This document shows positions 29,398-38,039 of a stretch of DNA of 64,000 bases, one piece after another; positions within the stretch are counted from its first letter, which is position 1, and each line of letters opens with the position of its first letter. The position numbers and the translations under genes are program-made. This DNA is from a bacterium UBP13_UBA5359 (lineage in GTDB: Bacteria; UBP13; UBA5359), in assembly GCA_002410925.1 (NCBI GenBank), contig DHPR01000012.1, positions 84,643-148,642 on the forward strand. The letters run 5' to 3'. The notes beneath the pieces were generated by a model. That model made no database searches, was not told the origin of the DNA, and saw nothing but the letters and a program-made list of their open reading frames with translations.

Positions 29398-29802
29398 CTA
29401 TTTATCCTCCTCTTCCGGAGCTCCCTGCAATCGAATATCTATAGACCTGGAACACCCTTCTCTGCCCATGGGAGCTACGGGAGCATCCTCGGTCAGAAGA
29501 AATCTGCCGCCGTAATCTATGACCAGATCCCTGATGGGAATGGAAAAAAGATCCTTGATCTCATTCTCCACCAACAATGCGGCAAAGAAGATGGAAGATA
29601 TACTGGGCAGTTCTTCGCCTTTTTTTAAATACAGACGCAGATTATAAAGCTCATAATCCTTATCGAAATGGTACAGAATATCGTAACCATCCCCTATATC
29701 GGTGCAGGTCATAGTCACAAAACGATATCTCTTTCTATGTTTATCGGCAACCTCCTGCAAGAGGCTGCCCAGGCTCACTGCTGCCGTATTCATCAAACTC
29801 AT
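29398..29802 (-). CDS. echD: Ech hydrogenase subunit D (NuoC-like)
   Basis: ILYHF...LPSIS.IF.AA.L.ENEI.DLF. Confidence 0.88.
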   Translation of the reverse strand: MSLMNTAAVSLGSLLQEVADKHRKRYRFVTMTCTDIGDGYDILYHFDKDYELYNLRLYLKKGEELPSISSIFFAALLVENEIKDLFSIPIRDLVIDYGGRFLLTEDAPVAPMGREGCSRSIDIRLQGAPEEEDK

Positions 29803-29829
29803 TTCATCTCTCCTATGCAGAACGCTTCT

Positions 29830-30309
29830 TCAAACCTTTTCCGGCTCACCTGCAGGCTGAATCGTCAGCCGCACTTCAGCGCCGGCATTGCGATCTTCCT
29901 GGCGCACATTCAGAAGACCGGCCGCCTGCAGTATGCCATCCATGATAGCCTCCGGGCGAGGCGGGCATCCGGGCACAAACACATCTACCGGAATGACCTG
30001 ATTCACTCCGCCCAACACATTATAGCAATCGGCCATAATACCGCCGGTAGCGCCGCAAGCTCCCAGAGCCACCACTGCTTTGGGAGAGGGCATCTGCGCA
30101 TAAACGTTCTTCAAAACTCTGACATTGCGGTAATTCACCGCTCCGCTTACCACCAGAATATCAGCATGTTTAGGGTTTCCCACATGCACAATTCCAAACC
30201 GCTCAACATCATATATAGGTGTCAGGCAAGCTAAAAATTCTATATCACACCCATTGCAGCTGTTGCAATTAAAATGGACTATCCAGGGTGATTTCTCCCG
30301 ACAATTCAT
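29830..30309 (-). CDS. echC: Ech hydrogenase small subunit
   Basis: KSPW, SCNGCDIE, GAC and PGCPPRPE. Confidence 0.94.
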   Translation of the reverse strand: MNCREKSPWIVHFNCNSCNGCDIEFLACLTPIYDVERFGIVHVGNPKHADILVVSGAVNYRNVRVLKNVYAQMPSPKAVVALGACGATGGIMADCYNVLGGVNQVIPVDVFVPGCPPRPEAIMDGILQAAGLLNVRQEDRNAGAEVRLTIQPAGEPEKV

Positions 30310-30330
30310 AAGACAGGCACTCCTAAAGCT

Positions 30331-31185
30331 TTAAATATACAACCATAACACATTGGTAACCGCCAGGCCTAAGCCCACCATCCACATAAACCTGAGCATC
30401 CATGGCCAGGTCAGCCTGGCCATAATGTTATCCAACAGTATTTCGCAGAAAAAACAGACCGCCGCTATCAGCAGCCCAACCGGGATACTGGTAGCCCAGA
30501 ACATCGTTACAATAAAGAAGAGCAAAAATATTTCATACCAGTGCGTAATTTCCAGAATAGCCAGAAAGGGGCCTGAATATTCCAGGGTAATCCCTTTGAT
30601 TATCTCCTGATGCCCGTGATGTGAAGTGGAAAAATCAAAGGGTGATTTCTGCAATTTTATAGTCATTACCATCAAAAAGGCCGGAAAAATAAGTGGTAAA
30701 GATAGAAGAAGCGGCTTACCGGAAGCCAGGATATCTCGCGCCATGAAACTATCGTTAACCAGATATACGCCTACAAGCATCAGAATTAAAATCGGTTCAT
30801 AGGAAAGCATCTGCATGATCTCTCTTTGGCTTCCTATTCTGCTGTAAGGTGAGCGCACGCTCATTCCTCCCAGGATTAAGGATATAGTGGAGAAAGCCAG
30901 GATAAAGAGCACCATCAGCATATCCTGACCAAGAGCCAGCAGAACGACGCAAAGAACCATAAATGCCAGATGAAGGCCGGCATAAATTATTTGCACTCTG
31001 TTGACAACAATGGGCTCCTTATGCAGCAGTTTGATAACATCATAGACAGGCTGTAGCAATGGAGGACCGATCCTGCTCTGCATTCTGGCCGTGAGCTTGC
31101 GATCGAGTCCCACTAAAAACGCACCAATAAATGGTACTGCGAATATGGCCAGAAGAGCTGTAATTATCGGATCAACCATGATCAC
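30331..31185 (-). CDS. echB: Ech hydrogenase membrane subunit B (NuoH-like)
   Basis: DRKLTARMQSRIGPPLLQP.YD and SPFD.S.SHHGHQE. Confidence 0.93.
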   Translation of the reverse strand: MIMVDPIITALLAIFAVPFIGAFLVGLDRKLTARMQSRIGPPLLQPVYDVIKLLHKEPIVVNRVQIIYAGLHLAFMVLCVVLLALGQDMLMVLFILAFSTISLILGGMSVRSPYSRIGSQREIMQMLSYEPILILMLVGVYLVNDSFMARDILASGKPLLLSLPLIFPAFLMVMTIKLQKSPFDFSTSHHGHQEIIKGITLEYSGPFLAILEITHWYEIFLLFFIVTMFWATSIPVGLLIAAVCFFCEILLDNIMARLTWPWMLRFMWMVGLGLAVTNVLWLYI

Positions 31186-33086
31186 TTGCTTATCACCCCA
31201 AACATTATAAATATTAGCGCTATAGCTATTGAATTGGCCCAGACCGTAAGATGAGCTTCACCAAAAAGCGGGTTCAGATAGTAGCTCCTAATACGGGCGG
31301 ATTCTCCTTTATCCATCAGAGTTCTGAACTCAAAGGTGGTTTTTGCGCCCTCTAAATTCTCGCCACAGAGAAAGGGCTGCCGAATATGGCTTTTTTTGAT
31401 GCCTCTAACCACCAAAAAAAGCACCGGCACCACCAGTGCCAGCATGAAGAAAAGAGGCCACTCGATAAAGGTACTGGCAGAGTTCATCAGATCCCAAGAA
31501 CGAGAAGTTACCTCTGTTTCGGAGAACATCGTCATGGACATGGGACTTATTACTCGCTTGAACAGTGGAACAACAACTGCAGCAGCAGCAATAATTCCCA
31601 GCAGCAAAACACCTTTAGCGGCAAACATAGAGAAGGGAACATCCTCAATCTTATAAACAGGATGATAGGCCACCGTCTGTATTCTTCCTATCCACTTGGA
31701 CCAGAACACTACTGTCAAAGCGCTGCCCATAATCAGCAAAAAGAGGACCAGCGGCGACATAATGACTGCCTCCAGAGCCATCCACTTGCCGATAAGCATA
31801 CCAAAAGGAGGCATCATCATGGAAACCATACCGATTATGGCGATAACGGTTGTTATCGGCATCTTCCGCATCAGCCCCTCCATATCCTCGATATCACGGC
31901 TACCTATACCCTGCTCTATCGTTCCCACACACAGAAAGAGCAGCGCCTTGGAAATTGCATGGAAGCAGGTGAGTAGGATAGCTGCCGCATAAGCCAGAGG
32001 CGTATGGATAGCGGCACAAATGATTATAAGCCCAAGGTTGGCTATAGTTGAATAAGCCAGAACCTTCTTCCCGTTGCTCTGGCTTATCGCCATGGCGGAA
32101 GCAAGAGCAAAAGTGAAAGCACCGGCTATGGCCACTACCTGTCCCATTCTGGTGCCGCCCAGCCCCGGAGCCAGGCGAATGATGAGGTAGACACCGGCTT
32201 TGACCATGGTGGTGGAGTGAAGCAGAGCGGATACAGGCGTCGGCGCTACCATAGCCCCCAGCAGCCAGCTCTGGAAAGGCAATTGTGCCGATTTGGTAAA
32301 AGCGGCCAGACAGATCATTGCCAGCGGCAGCAGAGCGCCAACAGCTACAAGCTCATCCAAACCTGCCGAGCCGCTGGCAGATATGCTGAGAAATAAAGCC
32401 AGCATCAACGCTGCGCCGCCCAAAGAGTTTATCCATAATGCTCTGTAGGCACTCTCTTCGGCATCCCCTGTCCTATCATGGCCGATAAGCATAAAGGAGC
32501 AAAGTGTAGTCAATTCCCAGAAAATAGTCAATAATTTCAGATTATTGGACATGACCAGACCGTTCATCACACCCAGAAAACCTATTAAAAAGAAAAAGAA
32601 AAGTCCGGTACTTCTCATCTGCACCGGGCCATGCGCTTCATACCGTTTCATATAGCCGATAGCATATATAACAATCAGAGGCCCGATGATGGAAATTATA
32701 AGAACCATAATTATAGCAAGGAGATCCACATTTAGCGCGGGCACATATGCCTGCACTGAATGCGGCAGCATTTCCGAAGCAAGGCTTATAGCCAGCTGAA
32801 GAAGCCCCAGGCCGATAATCAGCATTTTTTTAATTGCAAAGCCTATATAAATAATGATGGCGAGAATCAGCAATTCAATCAGAGGCAGAACCTTCATCAA
32901 GCCGTTATCGACGGAGAGCGTGAAAGGGCCTTGCAAAGCTAAAAGAATACTGCCTGCCATTATTGTCAAAGCAGATAAAACGATCACGGGTGTCTTGCAT
33001 CGCCAGCCGGGAGCCAGCATGACTAGCAAGCCAAAAATTAACGGACCAAAAATTAACAATAGAGGCAAAAAAGCGTACAAATGCAT
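31182..33086 (-). CDS. echA: Ech hydrogenase antiporter-like subunit A (NuoL-like)
   Basis: KSAQLPF..WL..AM.APTPVSALLHS.TMVKAG. Confidence 0.93.
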   Translation of the reverse strand: MHLYAFLPLLLIFGPLIFGLLVMLAPGWRCKTPVIVLSALTIMAGSILLALQGPFTLSVDNGLMKVLPLIELLILAIIIYIGFAIKKMLIIGLGLLQLAISLASEMLPHSVQAYVPALNVDLLAIIMVLIISIIGPLIVIYAIGYMKRYEAHGPVQMRSTGLFFFFLIGFLGVMNGLVMSNNLKLLTIFWELTTLCSFMLIGHDRTGDAEESAYRALWINSLGGAALMLALFLSISASGSAGLDELVAVGALLPLAMICLAAFTKSAQLPFQSWLLGAMVAPTPVSALLHSTTMVKAGVYLIIRLAPGLGGTRMGQVVAIAGAFTFALASAMAISQSNGKKVLAYSTIANLGLIIICAAIHTPLAYAAAILLTCFHAISKALLFLCVGTIEQGIGSRDIEDMEGLMRKMPITTVIAIIGMVSMMMPPFGMLIGKWMALEAVIMSPLVLFLLIMGSALTVVFWSKWIGRIQTVAYHPVYKIEDVPFSMFAAKGVLLLGIIAAAAVVVPLFKRVISPMSMTMFSETEVTSRSWDLMNSASTFIEWPLFFMLALVVPVLFLVVRGIKKSHIRQPFLCGENLEGAKTTFEFRTLMDKGESARIRSYYLNPLFGEAHLTVWANSIAIALIFIMFGVISK

Positions 33087-33108
33087 GGCCTTCTCCTAAT
33101 AACGACAT

Positions 33109-33149
33109 AAAAAAACCTGTCACGGCCCACTCATAAGAAGCCGACAAGG
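33109..33149 (-). terminator. intrinsic terminator-like hairpin plus U7 in the echA leader
   Basis: CCTTGTCGGCTT...GGGCCGTGACAGG followed by TTTTTTT on the minus strand. Confidence 0.6.
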
Positions 33150-33166
33150 CAGCGTAATACACCGCT

Positions 33167-33195
33167 ATTTTACCCTGCCGATGCAGCCGTGTCAA
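33167..33195 (-). promoter_or_regulatory. sigma70/sigmaA promoter TTGACA-N17-TAAAAT upstream of echA
   Basis: Near-consensus boxes with 17-bp spacing. Confidence 0.65.
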
Positions 33196-34512
33196 TTAAG
33201 ACGCTGTATGGCTTACCCCTATATCGGTGGGCGCCCGACCAAGATCTGAAAGAATTTCCAGAAGATCTGAAATCTGATTTTCAAGACTTTCATTCAAATG
33301 CGCTCGATCAGGATAGAGCGTATATTCCCGACGCAAAGCATCGGGTGTCAAGCTTATCATAACGGAATTGGCTCCGGCACTCAGGCCCTGCCGGCGGGCA
33401 TCCTTCTCCAGAGTTTCAAAGCTGGTAGTGACGACAATTTTAGCATTTCGGGCATCGACAATACGGGCAACAGCTAATGCCTTAAGCACCTCCGCAGCGG
33501 CCGGACTATGCGAATTTGCCAAGGGCGTCCCCGGATGTGGAATAAAGGGGCCGAAGGAATACATTTCAGCTTGCAAACTCTTGGTAAGAGAGATGTCTCC
33601 AAGTATGTCCTCTCTCGTCTGACCGGGAAGACCTATAAGCCCTCCGGTTATAAGCAGATAGCCCATATCGAAAGCAGCACGCAGATGCTCCAGACGGCTG
33701 TCCAGTCTGCGCCCGGGATGCAATTGCTCATAAAGACGCGAATTGCTCGTTTCAAAACGCATCAATAATCCTCTGGCACCGGCTTCATACAATCTCTGCA
33801 ATCCGGGTAGGCCTACCTCCCCGCAACTGACAAAGATCAACGCCGGCTCTCTCTCTCTGATGCCGCTGACTATTTGACAGAGATTATCGATTGAATATGC
33901 CGAATCTTCGCCGCTTTGCAGAACCAATGCCTTGAAACCGTACTTGTCTATGGCTTCGCAGGCGGCTTTTACCACTTCCTCCGGGGTCATCCTGTAAGGC
34001 TTCAGCCCCTTGTTACGGGCTGATATGCCGCAATAGCCACAGCTCTGCCTACAATAATTGGAAAACTCTATTATGCCGTGGATACAGCAGGAGTTACCCA
34101 GATGCTTATGGCGCAGATAATTGGCCGCCTGCATCAGCCGGGCTATATCCTCTTTGCCTTCCAGATTGAGAAGATAGAGCAGCTCCTCTTCCGCCACCTC
34201 TTCTTCATCAGCAACTATCCGCTCCAATATCAACGACAACCGATCGCCGGCTCTCTTATCCATACGTTTGAAACCGGACAGATGCTGGTCTCTCTCCTGG
34301 AGCTCAAAGAAGAGCTCCTTCCAGAGTGCCAGCACCTCTTGTGCCTCAGCATCAGGAACAGCATCTATAACGTATCCTCCCTGCGCATAGATATAATCGC
34401 CCACTTTCAGGTTGCTGATCTCATTAACAGCCCGCCGCTGCTCACCAAAATAATCTATAATGCTGATGCACCCATCAATACTCACTACCCTACCGGGAAT
34501 GGAATAACACAT
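33196..34512 (-). CDS. HypC-domain / HydE(PylB)-like radical SAM fusion protein
   Basis: N-terminus MCYSIPGRVV...LKVGDYIYAQGGYVI (HypC-like), then CRQSCGYC, LQSGE, RFETSN..LY..LHP, GLPGQT, GPFIPHPGTPL, GAN.VM and YTLYP (HydE family). Confidence 0.85.
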   Translation of the reverse strand: MCYSIPGRVVSIDGCISIIDYFGEQRRAVNEISNLKVGDYIYAQGGYVIDAVPDAEAQEVLALWKELFFELQERDQHLSGFKRMDKRAGDRLSLILERIVADEEEVAEEELLYLLNLEGKEDIARLMQAANYLRHKHLGNSCCIHGIIEFSNYCRQSCGYCGISARNKGLKPYRMTPEEVVKAACEAIDKYGFKALVLQSGEDSAYSIDNLCQIVSGIREREPALIFVSCGEVGLPGLQRLYEAGARGLLMRFETSNSRLYEQLHPGRRLDSRLEHLRAAFDMGYLLITGGLIGLPGQTREDILGDISLTKSLQAEMYSFGPFIPHPGTPLANSHSPAAAEVLKALAVARIVDARNAKIVVTTSFETLEKDARRQGLSAGANSVMISLTPDALRREYTLYPDRAHLNESLENQISDLLEILSDLGRAPTDIGVSHTAS

Positions 34513-34635
34513 TTCATGCTCCGATATAACTTATAGATATGCTAACAAAGACTTCGCTTACGATCAGCTATCCTCCGATACCTACCAATATCTTTATAGC
34601 ATTCTCACGAAAAAACTATCGATAAAACCTCATAT

Positions 34636-34664
34636 ATGCTAACTCTGCTGAACAAATGTGTCAA
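34636..34664 (-). promoter_or_regulatory. sigma70/sigmaA promoter TTGACA-N17-TAGCAT
   Basis: Upstream of the HypC-radical SAM gene. Confidence 0.5.
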
Positions 34665-34705
34665 GAACTGTTCCCCTGGGCAAGATAGTACGGTAGAATA
34701 GGATA

Positions 34706-35395
34706 ATGGTCACGAGCTTTTTAGAAATATTCCTCCATATCGATAAATACCTCCATATCATTGTATCACAGTACGGCATCTGGACTTATTTGATTCTTTT
34801 TTTCATCGTCTTCTGTGAGACGGGGCTGGTGGTAACTCCCTTCCTGCCTGGTGATTGGTTGCTCTTCATAGCCGGCTCTCTGGCTGCCGCCGGCAGCCTT
34901 AAACTAGTGCCGCTGCTTATTATTTTCAATATCGCAGCCATTGCCGGTAATGCCGTCAATTACTGGATCGGCTACTCTATCGGGCCGGGCATGCTGAGCA
35001 AAAAATCCCGTTTTCTCAAACAGGAATATCTGGACAGAACTCATCAGTTTTATGAACGCTACGGCGGCAGGACTATCATTGTAGCCAGATTCGTACCCAT
35101 AGTCAGAACCTTTGCGCCTTTCATGGCTGGAGTAGGACAGATGACACCTTGGCGCTTTACCTATTACAATATCCTGGGCAGTATATCCTGGGTGGTGATC
35201 TTTATACTGGGCGGCTATTACTTCAGCAATCTGCCGCTGATAAAAAACAATCTCTCGATCGTCGTTATTTTCATCACTCTCTTTTCCGTGGCGCCTATAG
35301 CTGCGGATCTTCTGAAGCGAAGAAGAGAAACCGATCGGTTGAAAAAAGAGCCGGCCGTAACAGCAGATGTCAGACCGGATCAAGACGAGGGGTAA
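34706..35395 (+). CDS. DedA family membrane protein
   Basis: ETGLVVTPFLPGD.LLF.AG and ARFVPIVRTFAPF.AG. Confidence 0.95.
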   Translation: MVTSFLEIFLHIDKYLHIIVSQYGIWTYLILFFIVFCETGLVVTPFLPGDWLLFIAGSLAAAGSLKLVPLLIIFNIAAIAGNAVNYWIGYSIGPGMLSKKSRFLKQEYLDRTHQFYERYGGRTIIVARFVPIVRTFAPFMAGVGQMTPWRFTYYNILGSISWVVIFILGGYYFSNLPLIKNNLSIVVIFITLFSVAPIAADLLKRRRETDRLKKEPAVTADVRPDQDEG

Positions 35396-35401
35396 AAACA
35401 C

Positions 35402-37225
35402 CTACATTTCCACCCGGGTCACAACTCCCTGTATCTTGCCTGCAGGCAATTTATAAAACTGAACGAAAGTCGGCGCCAGACGTTTGAGCATCGCAAAAAC
35501 CGTCCAGAAAAAATTATTGGTAGTTATATCTTCCACACCGTAGAAGATGACTCTCTCTTCAATATCGTTCTGCTTCAGCAAGCTCTCTATATCCAGAACC
35601 TCCCTGTAGCCGGCCCAGAACTCCAGAAGATCCATACCGGAAGCCCTGTTGCGATAGATTTCCGTTGCCAAGCCGTAGGGTTCGTCGGTCCTACGAACGG
35701 AGACCAGAACATTTCTGTCATAGATAATACCGCTATCCAGAATGCAGTGTGCCAGATATGGATGCACGATATCGACTGTTCTATTAAAGAACAATGCCGT
35801 GCCTTCAAGCCGCTTCCCCCTTTCATATAATTTTTCATAGCGGCCTATGAAACTCTTCATATCCATGGGGCACATAGCATGGTAAAGAGCCTTCTGCCCG
35901 CTAGTCCAGATCAAGATGGTGGCCAGGGGAATAGCGGCCAGAATCAAGGACCAGTAGCCACCATGACTGAGCTTGTTGAGGTTGGCAATCAGAAAGGCGG
36001 CATCAACCACTGTCACCATAGCTGCAACAGGCGCCTTCCAGGAAGATAAGCGGGAAAAGATCATGGTCATCATTATCCCGGTTATAGTCATTGTACCTGT
36101 AACAGCCAGGCCATAAGCAGCCGCCAGATTTTCCGACCGGCGAAAAACAAGCATAATAAAAACGACAGCTACCATGAGGGACCAATTAACGGAACCCAGA
36201 TATATTTGCGATTTAAGCTTGCTGGAAGTATAGCTTATTCTCAACCAGGGCATGATACGAGTGGTAATTCCCTGATAAACTATGGAATAGACACCGCTGA
36301 TCAAGGACTGGGAAGCAATGACAGTGGCAAGGATAGTCAGTATCAGAGTGGGTATGTAAAGTATATTCAACTCCTCGCGGAACATGCCGAAGAGGATGTT
36401 CTGCGCTTCGGGATGCCGCAGAATAAAGGCGCCCTGTCCAAGATAATTGATAACCAAGGCAAGGAAGACGAAATACCAGGCCCTGATTATCGGGCGTTTC
36501 CCCAGGTGTCCCATATCGGCATACAAAGCCTCCCCACCGGTAGCACAAAGTATGACTTCTGAGAGAATCAAGCCACCGGCAATTCCATTATGCATAAGGA
36601 AGCTTAAAGCGTATAAAGGATTTACCGCCTTGATTACCCCTGGCAGGCTCTGTATGGAGATTATTCCGGAAACGGCTAAGGTTATGAACCATACCACCAT
36701 CAACGGTCCAAATGCTCCGGCCACTTTATCCGTTCCCTTGTATTGGAAGAAAAAGAGGCTGATGGCTATCAATGCGGCAATAAGAATGATCATCCATTGA
36801 TGCATACCGGCCAGGCCGGGTACCAGGCGCATACCTTCAACAGCAGAGAGAATAGTTATAGCCGGCGTTATAACGCCGTCTCCCAGTATCAGCGATATTC
36901 CCAAAAAGGATAAAAAGCTGACAAAGGCTATCTGCCGATTGCTTTTCAGGAGCTTGACCAGAATCTCTTTGAGGACAACAGTTCCTCCCTGTCCATCTCG
37001 CTCCAAACTCATGGCCAGCCAGGCATACTCAATGGTAACTAGAAGAATTAGAGTCCAGACGATCAGCGACAGTATACCGAAAACGTTGCTCTCTGTAGGC
37101 TTTATCAAAGCCATGATAACCGTCAGGGTATATATGGGACTGGTACCGATATCGCCAAAGACCAACCCCATGGCTTTGACGATACCCTCCCAAAAAGAGT
37201 AATCTTCATTCCTGTGCCGAGACAT
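35402..37225 (-). CDS. kup: KUP/HAK/KT family potassium transporter
   Basis: GLVFGDIGTSPIY, GDGVITPAI and TGGEALYADMGH. Confidence 0.95.
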   Translation of the reverse strand: MSRHRNEDYSFWEGIVKAMGLVFGDIGTSPIYTLTVIMALIKPTESNVFGILSLIVWTLILLVTIEYAWLAMSLERDGQGGTVVLKEILVKLLKSNRQIAFVSFLSFLGISLILGDGVITPAITILSAVEGMRLVPGLAGMHQWMIILIAALIAISLFFFQYKGTDKVAGAFGPLMVVWFITLAVSGIISIQSLPGVIKAVNPLYALSFLMHNGIAGGLILSEVILCATGGEALYADMGHLGKRPIIRAWYFVFLALVINYLGQGAFILRHPEAQNILFGMFREELNILYIPTLILTILATVIASQSLISGVYSIVYQGITTRIMPWLRISYTSSKLKSQIYLGSVNWSLMVAVVFIMLVFRRSENLAAAYGLAVTGTMTITGIMMTMIFSRLSSWKAPVAAMVTVVDAAFLIANLNKLSHGGYWSLILAAIPLATILIWTSGQKALYHAMCPMDMKSFIGRYEKLYERGKRLEGTALFFNRTVDIVHPYLAHCILDSGIIYDRNVLVSVRRTDEPYGLATEIYRNRASGMDLLEFWAGYREVLDIESLLKQNDIEERVIFYGVEDITTNNFFWTVFAMLKRLAPTFVQFYKLPAGKIQGVVTRVEM

Positions 37226-37315
37226 GACTATTCCTGATTACCGCCTGTTTTCACTTAATACGGGGATTTGATAGCCTTACTAATCTATCACAAAGAGAGA
37301 GGCGACTCAATACTT

Positions 37316-38029
37316 TCAGAATTTATTCAAATAGCCATCCGCCTCACCACTGATGATTACTCTTCTTTCCTGAAGGGTCAGCTTTCTAATGCGCATGGTA
37401 AAGGGGAGATTGGAAGCATCAAAAACAGGATTATAGCTTGCGATAATCTTCTCTGCCAGCTTAGGAGGAAGAGGCAACTTGCTGACATAAAGTTTGGTAA
37501 GGCAAAAGCTTACCTGCTGCTCGTTATCAGGTACAAGATAACCATTAGCGGTTATGCATACTCTCAGCCCGGATATGGAACGCAAAGTAGATAGGGTCAG
37601 ACCACTCTCTTTTATCGTTACATCGGCCTGATCATCGTATTTACTGCGTAAAAAATCACGAAGATCGTCCTGGTCCAGCTCAACTTGGAAAGTAGTTTCA
37701 GCAACGCTGTTAACAGTCCTTTGCTGCATATCCGCCTTGATATGCCTGGCATCGATAACCATATGCTTAATGACAGGCATATCTTTCGGTCGCACCCCGG
37801 TGCCTTCGATATGAATACGACCTACCTTTCCCCTGAGAAGAGAGAGTGCCGAGGTATCTGCAAGACGAACCTCATAGTTATCAGCAGGACCTATAGCTGA
37901 CGGCAGCTTAGCCTTTATCTGTGCCTCAATGCAACCGGTAATAGGTCCGCAGCCGGATTCTGCTACCAGCGCAGCCAGACCGGTAAGAACAGCAAAACCC
38001 ATTAAAGCCTTACCTGACGCTAATCTCAT
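37316..38029 (-). CDS. DUF2993 / LmeA-like protein
   Basis: N-terminal anchor or possible lipobox, LL.GKV..I.I.G pattern. Confidence 0.6.
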   Translation of the reverse strand: MRLASGKALMGFAVLTGLAALVAESGCGPITGCIEAQIKAKLPSAIGPADNYEVRLADTSALSLLRGKVGRIHIEGTGVRPKDMPVIKHMVIDARHIKADMQQRTVNSVAETTFQVELDQDDLRDFLRSKYDDQADVTIKESGLTLSTLRSISGLRVCITANGYLVPDNEQQVSFCLTKLYVSKLPLPPKLAEKIIASYNPVFDASNLPFTMRIRKLTLQERRVIISGEADGYLNKF

Positions 38030-38039
38030 CTTTTATCTT

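Noticed and set aside
33196-34512. Calling this gene hydE, bioB or pylB
   Set aside because: No hydA/F/G, bio or pyl genes in the window, and it has an extra HypC-like domain; family assigned but not function
34670-34708. Leaderless dedA transcript (TAGAAT six nt before ATG)
   Set aside because: Weak -35, and a short AGGA could serve as an RBS; not decidable from sequence
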